A DNA stretch of 64,000 nt from Nitrospira sp. (lineage in GTDB: Bacteria > Nitrospirota > Nitrospiria > Nitrospirales > Nitrospiraceae): contig AP038806.1 of NCBI GenBank assembly GCA_047150005.1, positions 1,376,001 to 1,440,000 of the forward strand. Reading direction: 5' to 3'. The position numbers and the translations under genes are program-made. The notes below the pieces were generated by a model, which searched no databases, had not been told where the DNA came from, and saw only the letters and a program-made list of their open reading frames with translations. Below are positions 1 to 9,739 of the stretch, in pieces; position 1 is the first letter of the stretch, and each line of letters opens with the position of its first letter.

Positions 1-1660
1 TTTCTGAGTCGGCCAGGAAGATCGCCACCTGACTGTCGAACACGTCACGCAGGTGTTGCACTGCAAGCCGGGTCAACACTCCTGTTCCTCGGTGGGTCGC
101 GAGATCCCGGCTCATCGCGTAGAGCACGCTCGTCCGCTGTTCCCTGGCCCTCGCCAGCTCGGCTTGCTGTCGAATCCGGACGGCGAGATTGCTGATGACG
201 AGCGCGACAACCAGCATCACGCCGAAGGTCAACACGTATTGAATGTCCGAAACCGCGAAGGAGAAGTACGGCGGAACGAACAAGACGTCGAACGCCGCGA
301 CGCTCAGAAAGGAAGCGAGCACCGACGGGCCGCGCCCGCAGCGTATGGCCACGACGACCACGGCGATGAGATACATCATGATGAGATTGGCGGATCCGAA
401 ATACGGAAACATCGCCCACGCGACCGCACTCGCACCCAGCACTCCCAAGGATGCATATCCGTATCCCGACAGATCGCTGGTCCGCTGAAAGCTCCGGCGG
501 ACCAAAGGCTGACCTTCCCCGGCTTCCCCCGTGATCACGTAGATATCGATATCCCCGCTCTGATGGACGAGGTCCGATACGACGGAGCCGAAGACCCATT
601 CCTTCCACCACGACCGTACCGGCTTGCCCACGATGATCTTGGTGGCGTTGCGGCGGCGCGCATAACTCAACAGTTCCTGCGCCACATTCTCGCCGGTCAA
701 GGTCGCCGTTTCGGCGCCGAGCTGCTCCGCCAATCGCATGGTCTGCGACAGGCGCTCTCGTTCCCGCTGCGGCAGGCGGAGGTGTCGGGGAATCTGAACA
801 TACACGGCGATCCATTTGGCGTGCAGTCCCGCGGCCATCTGACGCGCAGCCCTGATCAGCCGCGGGCCGCGGGGTTTCATGTTGACGCACACCATAATGG
901 TTTCCGCCGCCGGCCAGGTTCGGATCACCGCGTGGTCGCGGCGATAGACTTCCATCTGCTGGTCGACGCGTTCGGCGGTGCGTCGCAAGGCGAGCTCCCG
1001 GAGTGCGATCAGGTTCCCCTTCGTGAAGAAATTCTGAATCGCATGCTGGATCTGTTCAGGAACATACACCTTGCCGTCCCTGAGCCGTTGCAACAGATCG
1101 TCAGGCGGCAGATCGATGAGCTCCACGTCGTCGGCCCGTTCCAAAGCGGAGTCTGGCACCGTCTCGCGCACGCGCACCCCCGTGATCTGCGCCACGACGT
1201 CGTTCAAGCTCTCCAGGTGCTGCACGTTCACCGTCGTGTAGACGGTGATGCCGGCCTTCAGAAGCTCCTGAACATCCCGCCACCGTTTCTCATGGCGGAG
1301 TCCCGGCGCATTGGTGTGAGCCAGCTCGTCGAGCAGAATGACGGTGGGACGCCGCGCCAGGGCTCCGTCGAGATCGAACTCACGAAGCACGGTGCCGCGG
1401 TACTCGACCGCGCGGCGAGGCAAGACTTCAAGGCCGCTGACCAGCGCGTCGGTATCCGGACGTCCGTGGGTTTCCACGACACCGATGACGACGTCCACGC
1501 CATCGCGCCGTTGTTCGTGGGCCGCTTCCAGCATGGCATAGGTTTTCCCCACACCGGGATTGGCTCCGAAGAAGACTTTGAGTTTGCCTTCCGACTGCCT
1601 GGCTTCCTCGGCGCGAACGCGTGCGAGGAGTGCGTCGGGATTCGGTCGTTCCTGGCTCAT
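1..1660 (-). CDS. kdpD: Sensor histidine kinase KdpD (5' part; runs off the window edge)
   Basis: Manual translation from ATG 1660 gives MSQERPNPDALLARV...GKLKVFFGANPGVGKTYAML...DELAHTN...NVQHLESLND. GGGAGG RBS upstream. Absent from the ORF track because there is no stop in the window. Confidence 0.95.
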   Translation of the reverse strand, partial: MSQERPNPDALLARVRAEEARQSEGKLKVFFGANPGVGKTYAMLEAAHEQRRDGVDVVIGVVETHGRPDTDALVSGLEVLPRRAVEYRGTVLREFDLDGALARRPTVILLDELAHTNAPGLRHEKRWRDVQELLKAGITVYTTVNVQHLESLNDVVAQITGVRVRETVPDSALERADDVELIDLPPDDLLQRLRDGKVYVPEQIQHAIQNFFTKGNLIALRELALRRTAERVDQQMEVYRRDHAVIRTWPAAETIMVCVNMKPRGPRLIRAARQMAAGLHAKWIAVYVQIPRHLRLPQRERERLSQTMRLAEQLGAETATLTGENVAQELLSYARRRNATKIIVGKPVRSWWKEWVFGSVVSDLVHQSGDIDIYVITGEAGEGQPLVRRSFQRTSDLSGYGYASLGVLGASAVAWAMFPYFGSANLIMMYLIAVVVVAIRCGRGPSVLASFLSVAAFDVLFVPPYFSFAVSDIQYVLTFGVMLVVALVISNLAVRIRQQAELARAREQRTSVLYAMSRDLATHRGTGVLTRLAVQHLRDVFDSQVAIFLADSE

Positions 1661-1819
1661 GAGAGGAGCCTCCCGTCGCGGGCCGTGGCGTGGAGCGGGA
1701 TGGGACGCATGAATTCTAGGGGAGGGCGAACAGGCCGTCAATGAGACGCCGCACATCCGGTGCGGCGCGCCGCCGGGAATCGCGCCGATCGTCATGATCG
1801 GCCGCTCACACGCTCGAGA

Positions 1820-2392
1820 TCAACGGAGCTGACCAAGCGCTATGTTCAGCTTCAACACGTTGACCCGCCGCTCTCCCAGCAATCCAAACTGGCGCTCTTC
1901 CGTATGCCGGATCACCAGGGTCTTCACCGTCTTCTCTTCCAGACCTCGGACATGCGCGACCCGCTTCACTTGGTACAGCGCTGCGGCCTGGCTGATGTGG
2001 GGATCGAGTCCGCTCCCCGACGCCGTGACCAGATCGACAGGAACGGAGAGGTCGTTGCCGGGATCTGCGGCTCGGAGGGCGGCGATTCTCGCTTTCACCG
2101 CTTCGATCAGGACCGGATTGGTCGGGCCGAGATTTGATCCACTCGACGCCGCAGCATTGTAGGGGAACGGCGAGGTAGCCGATGGACGGCTCCAAAAATA
2201 TTCCGGTCTGTCGAAGTGCTGCCCGATCAACTCGGATCCGACGACCCGGCCATCACGAACGATCAAGCTGCCATTGGCCTGGTTCGGAAACATCAGTTGG
2301 GCCAGTCCCGTGACCGCGAGCGGATAGATCAGACCCGTGAGGACCGTCATGATGAACAACATCGTAAGCGCAGGTCGCAGGTGAGCGCGCAT
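1820..2392 (-). CDS. kdpC: K+-transporting ATPase subunit C
   Basis: [35 protein letters not shown] and VNVLKLN motifs. Confidence 0.97.
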   Translation of the reverse strand: MRAHLRPALTMLFIMTVLTGLIYPLAVTGLAQLMFPNQANGSLIVRDGRVVGSELIGQHFDRPEYFWSRPSATSPFPYNAAASSGSNLGPTNPVLIEAVKARIAALRAADPGNDLSVPVDLVTASGSGLDPHISQAAALYQVKRVAHVRGLEEKTVKTLVIRHTEERQFGLLGERRVNVLKLNIALGQLR

Positions 2393-2400
2393 TGCGACTC

Positions 2401-4527
2401 CTAAGTAAGATGCAACGCGATCAGAAGCAGGTCGATCAGTTTGATCCCGACGAACGGCACGATGACCCCGCCCAATCCGTAGACGAAGAGGTGGCGCCGG
2501 AGCAGAGAGCCGGCGTCCATGGCACGATACTCGATGCCTCGCAATGCGAAGGGAATCAGGGCGACGATGATGAGCGCATTGAAAATGACCGCCGAGAGGA
2601 CGGCGCTGCGGGGGCTGGCCAGGTGCATGATGTTCAGCGCATTTAGGATCGGATAGGTCGTCGCAAAGGCGGCCGGAATAATCGCAAAGTATTTCGCCAC
2701 GTCGTTGGCAATACTGAAGGTGGTCAGCGCACCGCGCGTCATCAAAAGTTGTTTGCCGATCTCCACGATCTCGATCAGCTTCGTGGGGTTGCTGTCGAGA
2801 TCCACCAGGTTCCCGGCCTCTTTGGCCGCCTGTGTCCCCGTATTCATGGCCACCGCCACATCGGCCTGCGCCAATGCCGGCGCATCGTTCGTGCCGTCTC
2901 CGGTCATGGCGACGAGGCGGCCTTCGGCTTGAAGCTCACGGATAAGCTTCAGCTTGGCTTCCGGCGTGGCCTGCGCCAGGAAATCGTCGACCCCAGCCTC
3001 TGCCGCCACCGCGGCAGCCGTCTGCGGATTGTCACCGGTGATCATGACGGTCTTGATGCCCATCCGTCGCAGCTCGCCGAACCGCTCCCTGATTCCCCCC
3101 TTCACGATATCTTGAAGCGCGATGACTCCGAGGACCCTGCCGCTCTCCGCCACCACGAGGGGCGTCCCACCCCGCTTGGCAATGGTTTCCACTTGGGTCC
3201 GCACGAATGCAGAGAACTGTCCTCCGCGCGCCGCGACATAGGATTCCATCGCCTCAGCCGAACCTTTGCGGATTTCGCGTCCATGGAGATCCACTCCGCT
3301 CATGCGCGTCTGTGCGCTGAACGGGATGAACGTGGCGCCCAATTCATGAATGTCGCGCGCGCGCAATCCGTACTTCTCCTTCGCCAGCACGACGATACTG
3401 CGGCCTTCCGGCGTTTCATCGGCAAGGGACGAGAGCTGACACGCGTCGGCCAAGACCTGATCGCTCACTCCTTCGGCCGGAACGAAGGCGGTCGCTTGAC
3501 GATTGCCCAACGTGATGGTGCCGGTCTTGTCGAGCAGCAACACATCGACATCACCCGCCGCCTCCACGGCTTTCCCGGACATGGCGATGACGTTCGCCTG
3601 CACCATCCGATCCATCCCGGCGATCCCGATAGCCGAGAGGAGCGCGCCGATGGTCGTGGGAATCAGGCAGACCAGGAGCGCCACGAGCACCGTGACCGTC
3701 ACCGGCGATCCTTGTCCGGCCGCCGTCACGCCGTAAAGGGAGAAGGGAAGGAGGGTGACCGTAGCCAGTAAAAAAATGATCGTCAGCGCCGCGAGAAGGA
3801 TATTGAGGGCGATTTCATTCGGCGTTTTCTGACGCGCGGCTCCCTCGACCATGGCAATCATCCGATCGAGAAAGCTGTCACCCGGATTCGTCGTGACCCG
3901 GACAATGAGCCAATCGGATAGCACCTTCGTGCCTCCGGTGACCGCACATCGGTCACCCCCGCTTTCTCTGATCACGGGAGCGCTCTCGCCCGTAATGGCG
4001 CTTTCGTCCACCGAGGCCACGCCGTCGATGACGTCGCCGTCCAACGGAATATGATCTCCCGCCTCCACGAGCACTACATCATTTTTCTTGAGCAGATTGG
4101 CCTGAATCGCGCTGAATGTATCGCGCCGCTGGAATTTGTGGTTCCATCCGGCATGATGCTCGCGGCCGGCTTCGATGCTCCCGAGTTTTTTGGCGGTCAA
4201 CTCTCGACGCGAACGTCGGAGGGATTCGGCCTGCGCTTTGCCTCGTCCTTCCGCCATGGCCTCGGCGAAATTGGCGAAGAACACGGTAAACCAGAGCCAG
4301 ACCGCGATCGCCAAAATGAACCAAGCCGGCGCCTCGCCCCTGCTCACAAGCGCCTGCGCGAACAGGACGGTTGTGAGGAGACAACCGACCCAGACGACGA
4401 ACATCACGGGATTCTTAACCTGATGGCGGAGATGCAGTTTGTGGACCGCATCGAGCAATGCCTGACGCACGACCGGCGTGCCGATCAAGGATTGGGATGG
4501 ATGTGGGCTGGCCGTCATCGGCATCAC
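2401..4527 (-). CDS. kdpB: K+-transporting P-type ATPase subunit B
   Basis: DKTGTIT phosphorylation site, [20 protein letters not shown]. Confidence 0.98.
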   Translation of the reverse strand: MMPMTASPHPSQSLIGTPVVRQALLDAVHKLHLRHQVKNPVMFVVWVGCLLTTVLFAQALVSRGEAPAWFILAIAVWLWFTVFFANFAEAMAEGRGKAQAESLRRSRRELTAKKLGSIEAGREHHAGWNHKFQRRDTFSAIQANLLKKNDVVLVEAGDHIPLDGDVIDGVASVDESAITGESAPVIRESGGDRCAVTGGTKVLSDWLIVRVTTNPGDSFLDRMIAMVEGAARQKTPNEIALNILLAALTIIFLLATVTLLPFSLYGVTAAGQGSPVTVTVLVALLVCLIPTTIGALLSAIGIAGMDRMVQANVIAMSGKAVEAAGDVDVLLLDKTGTITLGNRQATAFVPAEGVSDQVLADACQLSSLADETPEGRSIVVLAKEKYGLRARDIHELGATFIPFSAQTRMSGVDLHGREIRKGSAEAMESYVAARGGQFSAFVRTQVETIAKRGGTPLVVAESGRVLGVIALQDIVKGGIRERFGELRRMGIKTVMITGDNPQTAAAVAAEAGVDDFLAQATPEAKLKLIRELQAEGRLVAMTGDGTNDAPALAQADVAVAMNTGTQAAKEAGNLVDLDSNPTKLIEIVEIGKQLLMTRGALTTFSIANDVAKYFAIIPAAFATTYPILNALNIMHLASPRSAVLSAVIFNALIIVALIPFALRGIEYRAMDAGSLLRRHLFVYGLGGVIVPFVGIKLIDLLLIALHLT

Positions 4528-4538
4528 GTGACTCCTCG

Positions 4539-6344
4539 TTACCGCCCTTGCATCAATAGGTCTTCGACCACGGGCCCCAAGGCCAGAGCCGGCAGAAATG
4601 TCAACGCCCCGACCATGATGACCACACCTATAAGAAGGACGACAAACAAAGGGGTATGGGTCGGCAAGGTGCCGGGGCCGGCGGGCACCAGTTTTTTCCT
4701 GGCCAGGGCGCCGGCCAGCGCGAGCGTCGGAACCGCAAGCCAGAACCGTGAGATCAACATCGCAAGACCTCCCGCGAGGTTATAGAACGGTGTATTGACG
4801 TTCAGGCCGGCGAACGCGCTCCCATTGTTGTTGCCTTGAGACGTGAAGGCATACAGAATTTCACTGAATCCATGCGGTCCGGGATTCAACACGGAAGACG
4901 TCCCGGCGCTGACGCTGACCGCAACCGCCGTTCCGCCGAGCACGATCAGCGGCATGATCAAGATGAGCAGCGATGCCATTTTCATTTCATAGGATTCGAT
5001 TTTCTTCCCCAGATACTCCGGCGTCCGCCCCACCATCAGTCCGGCAACGAACACGGCGACGATGGCGAACACGATCATGCCGTAGAGTCCGGAACCGACG
5101 CCGCCGAAGACCACTTCGCCGAATTGCATGAGGAACAGTGGGGCAAAGCCGCCCAGCGGCGTATAGGAATCCAGCATCGAGTTCACTGATCCGTTGGACG
5201 CCGCGGTGGTGGCCGCGGACCAGAGGACCGAACCGGTGATACCGAAACGCAGTTCCTTGCCTTCCATGTTGCCGCCGGCCTGGCCATCGGATGCCTGCTG
5301 ATCCACGTCGTCGCTCGTCAGCCATGGATTGCCTCTCTGTTCGGCCCATAGCCCGACCGGGATGAAACAGCACAGGAGAATCGTCATGGCGGCAAGGATG
5401 GTCCAACCTTGACGGGTGTCTCCAACCATGAGGCCGAAGGTGTAGCACAGTGAGGCGGGGATCAGGAGGATCGCCAAGATCTCGAGAGCGTTGGACCATG
5501 GCGTCGGATTCTCAAACGGATGCGCACTATTCACGTTGAAGAAGCCGCCGCCGTTGGTGCCGAGTTGTTTGATGGCGACTTGAGAGGCCGCTGGTCCTAC
5601 CGCAAACACCTGCTCGGTCGCCGCGACGGATTCCGCTTTCGGCTTCCCCTGTTCATCGAGCACAGGTTGGCCGTTCGAATCCACGACCGACTTGTCGTAA
5701 CCGACCGGTTGCACCAGCGTCCCCGTCTGGTAGGCGTTGAACGTCTGGACGACACCTTGAGACACCAAAAGAAGGGAGAAGAGGACCGAGAGGGGAAGAA
5801 GAATGTACAGCGCGCTTCGGGTCACATCGACCCAAAAGTTCCCGATCGTCGTTGAGCTGCGACGCGTCAACCCACGGATTAACGCGACGAGAATAGCCAT
5901 GCCCGTCGCCGCCGACAAGAAGTTTTGCACCGTCAGGCCCAGCATCTGCGTCAGGTAACTCAACGTCGTTTCGCCTCCATAGGCCTGCCAATTCGTGTTT
6001 GTTGCAAAGCTCACGGCAGTGTTGAACGCCAGATCCGGAGAGACGGCTCCGAGGCCGGCTGGGTTCAACGGCAGGAGATGCTGCAGCCGTTGCAGTCCGT
6101 ACAGGAACAAGAGGCCGACGGCATTGAAGAGCAACATGGCGATGCCGTAGATTTTCCAATCCGTTTCATCGGCAGGACGAATCCCACCGAACCAATACGT
6201 GACCCGTTCAACGGGACCTAGCAGCAGATCCAAGCCGCAAGGCTTCCCTTCATACACCCGAGCCATGTACCAGCCCAGCGGTTTGACCAGCCCCAGCAGC
6301 ACGGTAAGGCAGACGACGATTTGGGCGATCCCGTTGAACGTCAT
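4539..6344 (-). CDS. kdpA: K+-transporting ATPase subunit A
   Basis: [45 protein letters not shown]. Start moved to ATG 6344 (MTFNG), which overlaps the kdpF stop as TGATG. Confidence 0.97.
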   Translation of the reverse strand: MTFNGIAQIVVCLTVLLGLVKPLGWYMARVYEGKPCGLDLLLGPVERVTYWFGGIRPADETDWKIYGIAMLLFNAVGLLFLYGLQRLQHLLPLNPAGLGAVSPDLAFNTAVSFATNTNWQAYGGETTLSYLTQMLGLTVQNFLSAATGMAILVALIRGLTRRSSTTIGNFWVDVTRSALYILLPLSVLFSLLLVSQGVVQTFNAYQTGTLVQPVGYDKSVVDSNGQPVLDEQGKPKAESVAATEQVFAVGPAASQVAIKQLGTNGGGFFNVNSAHPFENPTPWSNALEILAILLIPASLCYTFGLMVGDTRQGWTILAAMTILLCCFIPVGLWAEQRGNPWLTSDDVDQQASDGQAGGNMEGKELRFGITGSVLWSAATTAASNGSVNSMLDSYTPLGGFAPLFLMQFGEVVFGGVGSGLYGMIVFAIVAVFVAGLMVGRTPEYLGKKIESYEMKMASLLILIMPLIVLGGTAVAVSVSAGTSSVLNPGPHGFSEILYAFTSQGNNNGSAFAGLNVNTPFYNLAGGLAMLISRFWLAVPTLALAGALARKKLVPAGPGTLPTHTPLFVVLLIGVVIMVGALTFLPALALGPVVEDLLMQGR

Positions 6345-6433
6345 CAGAATTTCTCCGGCTTGAGCAATGCCACCAGGAGGTAGATGAGAAGGCCTACGGA
6401 AAGTATCGCGCCGAACCAATACATCACGTTCAT
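6344..6433 (-). CDS. kdpF: KdpF subunit (29 aa, MNVMYWFGAILSVGLLIYLLVALLKPEKF)
   Basis: Read manually. Typical YLLxALLxPEKF end, GGGAGAGG RBS, stop coupled to the kdpA start. Confidence 0.92.
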   Translation of the reverse strand: MNVMYWFGAILSVGLLIYLLVALLKPEKF

Positions 6434-6444
6434 GGGCCTCTCCC

Positions 6445-6525
6445 CTATAGTCGATCGAGCGCCGAGACGAGCCAGACCGACAGGATGAAAAACCCGATCG
6501 CCAAACCAAGTACGAGCAGATCCAT
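6445..6525 (-). CDS. Small single-TM peptide upstream of kdpF (26 aa, MDLLVLGLAIGFFILSVWLVSALDRL)
   Basis: Read manually. GAGG RBS upstream; its stop abuts the kdpF RBS; fully hydrophobic core. Confidence 0.7.
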   Translation of the reverse strand: MDLLVLGLAIGFFILSVWLVSALDRL

Positions 6526-6564
6526 CCGTGCCCTCGTCTCATCCCGCTCTCGAACGCTACCAAA

Positions 6565-6590
6565 CGCCGTATAAAAACGGTGTCAAAAAT
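6565..6590 (-). promoter_or_regulatory. Candidate KdpE-type tandem T-rich operator upstream of the kdp operon
   Basis: Minus strand reads ATTTTTGACACCGTTTTTATACGGCG: two T-tract half sites in GC-rich DNA, about 40-60 bp above the first ORF. Resembles the TTTATA/TTTACA KdpE box. Confidence 0.45.
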
Positions 6591-6687
6591 CCAGCGGGGA
6601 ACGTGACGGAAGAGTCAACGATGCCGAAGGCCGGCGATCAGCTTTCGGTCTGGGGATGAGAAGGTCGGAAGAGCGAGGAACGGCGCG

Positions 6688-7167
6688 TCATCGTTTCGGC
6701 TCGTCGAGGACGCACCACATGCGGCGGGTGCCGGACTTCTGATCGGTGACCGGCTCGCCGCTGAAGAAACTCACCTGCCAGGCGACGATGTCGTCCTTGG
6801 GGTCGGGTGTCGACGTCCAGTAGATTTCCGACTTGATGTTTGAAAAGGGATGGCCGGGCGGCAGCGCCGGATCATGCTGCGACGGGTCGATCAGGGTTTT
6901 CAGCTCATCGACGGACGGGGCACGCCACGTCTTGCGACCTCCGACGTCCTTTGTCCTGCAACGTTCGATCGACCGGCTCCAGACGTCATGTTCCCGGTCC
7001 GGCTCCTGCTCCCAAATCAAGCCGGTCCGGTCATCCCGTACGCCGGCTCCGTCCATGACCAGAGTGAATCGAGCGGCGCCGGGCGGATCGGCCGCCATGG
7101 AGGCCGCCACAAGACAACAATAGGTTCCCGCTATCGCCAAAACGGCACATCGTCGTCTCTTGGGCAC
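6688..7167 (-). CDS. Secreted DUF1566 (Lcl C-terminal-like) protein
   Basis: Signal peptide; D-x-RTGLIW, WRAPSVDEL, YWTST and AWQVSF motifs; GGGAGG RBS before GTG. Confidence 0.85.
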   Translation of the reverse strand: MPKRRRCAVLAIAGTYCCLVAASMAADPPGAARFTLVMDGAGVRDDRTGLIWEQEPDREHDVWSRSIERCRTKDVGGRKTWRAPSVDELKTLIDPSQHDPALPPGHPFSNIKSEIYWTSTPDPKDDIVAWQVSFFSGEPVTDQKSGTRRMWCVLDEPKR

Positions 7168-7337
7168 CGAGTCCTCCCGGTCGCGTATGGAGGGTCATAT
7201 CGTAAAAGAGTCGTGACTCAGGAGCAAGCGAGACTGTTACCGGGAACGGCGTCGCTGATGACGCCGCAGAAGCACCGCAACCCAGACGCAGGCGACGAGC
7301 ATCGCAACCATCCCCAGGTGATGCGTCAACTCGCTCT

Positions 7338-8315
7338 TCAATGGAAGGAGAACGGGATCGGCGCGAAGGTGACGACGAACACCAGCAGGGCCAGCCAGCC
7401 TACGAGCATTCTGGCCGTGCCGAGCGGCACGTTGGGATTCCGGATCGGAGGATGTCCAAGCCCCCACAGACCGGCCATGAAGGCCCAGACGAACCAACCG
7501 GGCCATCCGACGAATCCGAGGACAATCAACACCGGCACGATGGCGAACGCCATCGTGCGCTGGCGCGCGCCCCACAACGCATAGGCGACGTGACCGCCGT
7601 CGAGTTGCCCGATGGGAATGAGATTCAAGGACGTCACAAAGAGACCGAACCAGGCGGCAAAGGCCACAGGATGCAGGACCACGTCGGCATCCGGCGGAAG
7701 CGAGCCGATCACGATCCAGGAGAGAAACTGCAGCAGGAGTGGCTCTCCCAGCTGCAATCCGAAGGTGGCGGTACGGTCCACGACCTCGGAGAAGCGAAGC
7801 CCGATGATCAATGCGACCACCGCGACGACGAAACCCGCCAAGGGTCCCGCAACACCGATGTCGAAGAGCGCCCGACGGTTGAGGATCGGTCCGCGCATGC
7901 GGATGATGGCGCCGAAGGTCCCGATGAAATGCGGTGGGCCAGGAATGAAGAGGGGCAAAGAGGCGGGCACCCGATGAATTTTCGACAACACATAGTGGCC
8001 GAGTTCATGCGTGACCAGGATGAAGAGCAGCGTCCCTGCAAACGGCACTCCCTTCAAGAGCCTATCCGGATGGGCCAGGAGAAAATCGACCGGCCCCCTC
8101 ACCATGCCGGCGTAGGCTTGATACGCGCCTGCCCACAACGTCGTGAAGATCGTGAGGCTGAACAGCACTAGAGGAAGGATCCACGTGGAGAATGCGGACG
8201 GCTCGTCCGCGTCATCGAGGTCCGGTTCAGCGGACGGCGACCCGGGAGCAGCGCCGCGCCGTACATCCCCGTCGTCTGTGGAGAGGATCGACCGATGTCC
8301 GTCGACAGGTTCCAT
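7338..8315 (-). CDS. Site-2 protease family (M50) membrane metalloprotease
   Basis: HELGH, AGPLAG, NLIPIGQLDGGH; start taken at ATG 8315. Confidence 0.92.
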   Translation of the reverse strand: MEPVDGHRSILSTDDGDVRRGAAPGSPSAEPDLDDADEPSAFSTWILPLVLFSLTIFTTLWAGAYQAYAGMVRGPVDFLLAHPDRLLKGVPFAGTLLFILVTHELGHYVLSKIHRVPASLPLFIPGPPHFIGTFGAIIRMRGPILNRRALFDIGVAGPLAGFVVAVVALIIGLRFSEVVDRTATFGLQLGEPLLLQFLSWIVIGSLPPDADVVLHPVAFAAWFGLFVTSLNLIPIGQLDGGHVAYALWGARQRTMAFAIVPVLIVLGFVGWPGWFVWAFMAGLWGLGHPPIRNPNVPLGTARMLVGWLALLVFVVTFAPIPFSFH

Positions 8316-8325
8316 CTGCAACTCT

Positions 8326-9168
8326 TCAGCAGACGGATGCGAACGGGTTGTGGTCCCGCTCCTCGGCCACCGTCGTCGCCGGACCGTGTCCGGGCAGCAG
8401 GCGAACCTCGGCCGGGAGCGTGAGAAGACGGCGGCGAACCGAATCGAGGTGCGTCTCGTAGAGGGTGCCGGGATTCGAGCGGCCGATCGAGCCGGCGAAG
8501 AGCGTATCCCCGACGAAACAGAGCGGTTGCTCCGCATCCTCCACCCGGTAGCAAATTCCTCCGGCCGTGTGACCGGGCGTCGTCAGACACCGGACCGTCC
8601 TGCTTCCGACCCTGATGGTCAGGCCGTCGTGAGGCGACGTGAGGAGTCCGGCCTGCGGCTGCCAATCCAGGAGGCTGCGGTCGGCCGTCCCAAGGAACAC
8701 CGGCACCGCTCGATGAGCCAGCAACTGGTCGATCCCCCGGGCATGGTCGGAGTGCCCGTGGGTCAGACAGATGCCGACCAGGCGCAAGCGGCGATTGATA
8801 AGTGCGGCGATCATGGCCGGTGCATTATAGCCCGTATCGATCACCACGGCCTCACCGTCGTCGTGGAGGAGGTAGCCTTGCACGCCATAGCCACCGACTG
8901 ATCCGTAGATGGTCTCCACCCAGGACGGCGTGCACCGGTCGGCCGGCTGCCAGTTCTCGATCGCCACCCCGATCAACGGGTCGGGCCTGAGGCCCAGAGC
9001 CTCGGCCAATGCCCGAACCGTCTCGCGATCGGACGGCCGCTTCCCCCGCTCAAGTCCGGCAATCTCCGCTTCGCTCAACCCCGCCGTGCTCGCGACCTCT
9101 CGGATCGAGAGCCCGAGCCCCCCACGTGCCTTCTTCAGGATGTCGCACAGGTCGTCTTCCAGCGGCAT
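8326..9168 (-). CDS. XRE-type HTH fused to an MBL-fold metallo-hydrolase
   Basis: N-terminal LSIREVA...IAGLERG HTH; THGHSDH, TPGHT, GDTLF, PGHG. Confidence 0.88.
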   Translation of the reverse strand: MPLEDDLCDILKKARGGLGLSIREVASTAGLSEAEIAGLERGKRPSDRETVRALAEALGLRPDPLIGVAIENWQPADRCTPSWVETIYGSVGGYGVQGYLLHDDGEAVVIDTGYNAPAMIAALINRRLRLVGICLTHGHSDHARGIDQLLAHRAVPVFLGTADRSLLDWQPQAGLLTSPHDGLTIRVGSRTVRCLTTPGHTAGGICYRVEDAEQPLCFVGDTLFAGSIGRSNPGTLYETHLDSVRRRLLTLPAEVRLLPGHGPATTVAEERDHNPFASVC

Positions 9169-9209
9169 GGTATGCCCAATTCATCGTGCCGCCGGCCGAG
9201 GCCCGCCTG

Positions 9210-9503
9210 CTAGACGAGCGTGCCGAGGATGCGGCGGTAGTCCTCTTCGGGAAAGGCTTTCAGCGTCGTCGAGCGCACGTTTCCCGACGAGCCGAGCTTG
9301 AGCGCAAAGGCGGCCTGCTTGTCGTTGTTCGGCATATCGAGGATGAGGACCAGGTCATACGATCCGAGCGTCATGTAGAAGGACTTGACCTCGCCTCCCA
9401 AATCCTTCGCGAGCTTCTTCACGGCATCCAATCGCTTCGGCGACTCTTTGACGTTTCTGATGCCTTGATCCGTCCAGTTGAGCAGCATGACATAGGTCAC
9501 CAT
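9210..9503 (-). CDS. GYD domain protein
   Basis: WTDQGIRN...YMTLGSYD...GNVRSTTL; GGGGAGG RBS before ATG 9503. Confidence 0.88.
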   Translation of the reverse strand: MVTYVMLLNWTDQGIRNVKESPKRLDAVKKLAKDLGGEVKSFYMTLGSYDLVLILDMPNNDKQAAFALKLGSSGNVRSTTLKAFPEEDYRRILGTLV

Positions 9504-9522
9504 AGCACCCTCCCCGGCAGCC

Positions 9523-9739
9523 CTAGCCCACATGATTCATGACGGTTCGTAACGAAACCGCCAAGACGCCAGGCGAGACGGGCACGCGGAGTTGCGAGGA
9601 AGGAAGGCATACTTGAAACAGTATGTCGACCGACCGAGCAACGAGCCTGCCCACTTGGCTGCGGGAACCTGGCAGCCAAGTTTGTCGCAGCGGCGTATCG
9701 GCGGTTGCAGTAGAAGCGCTCATGAATACTGTGGGCTAG
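9523..9739. mobile_element. MITE-like element (217 bp), 20-bp terminal inverted repeat including CTAG at both ends
   Basis: CTAGCCCACAtgATTCATGA ... TCATGAATacTGTGGGCTAG (18 of 20 paired), with nested internal stems and no convincing ORF. Confidence 0.7.

Noticed and set aside
53..1744. 563-aa plus-strand ORF
   Set aside because: In-register antisense shadow of kdpD, with no recognisable motifs
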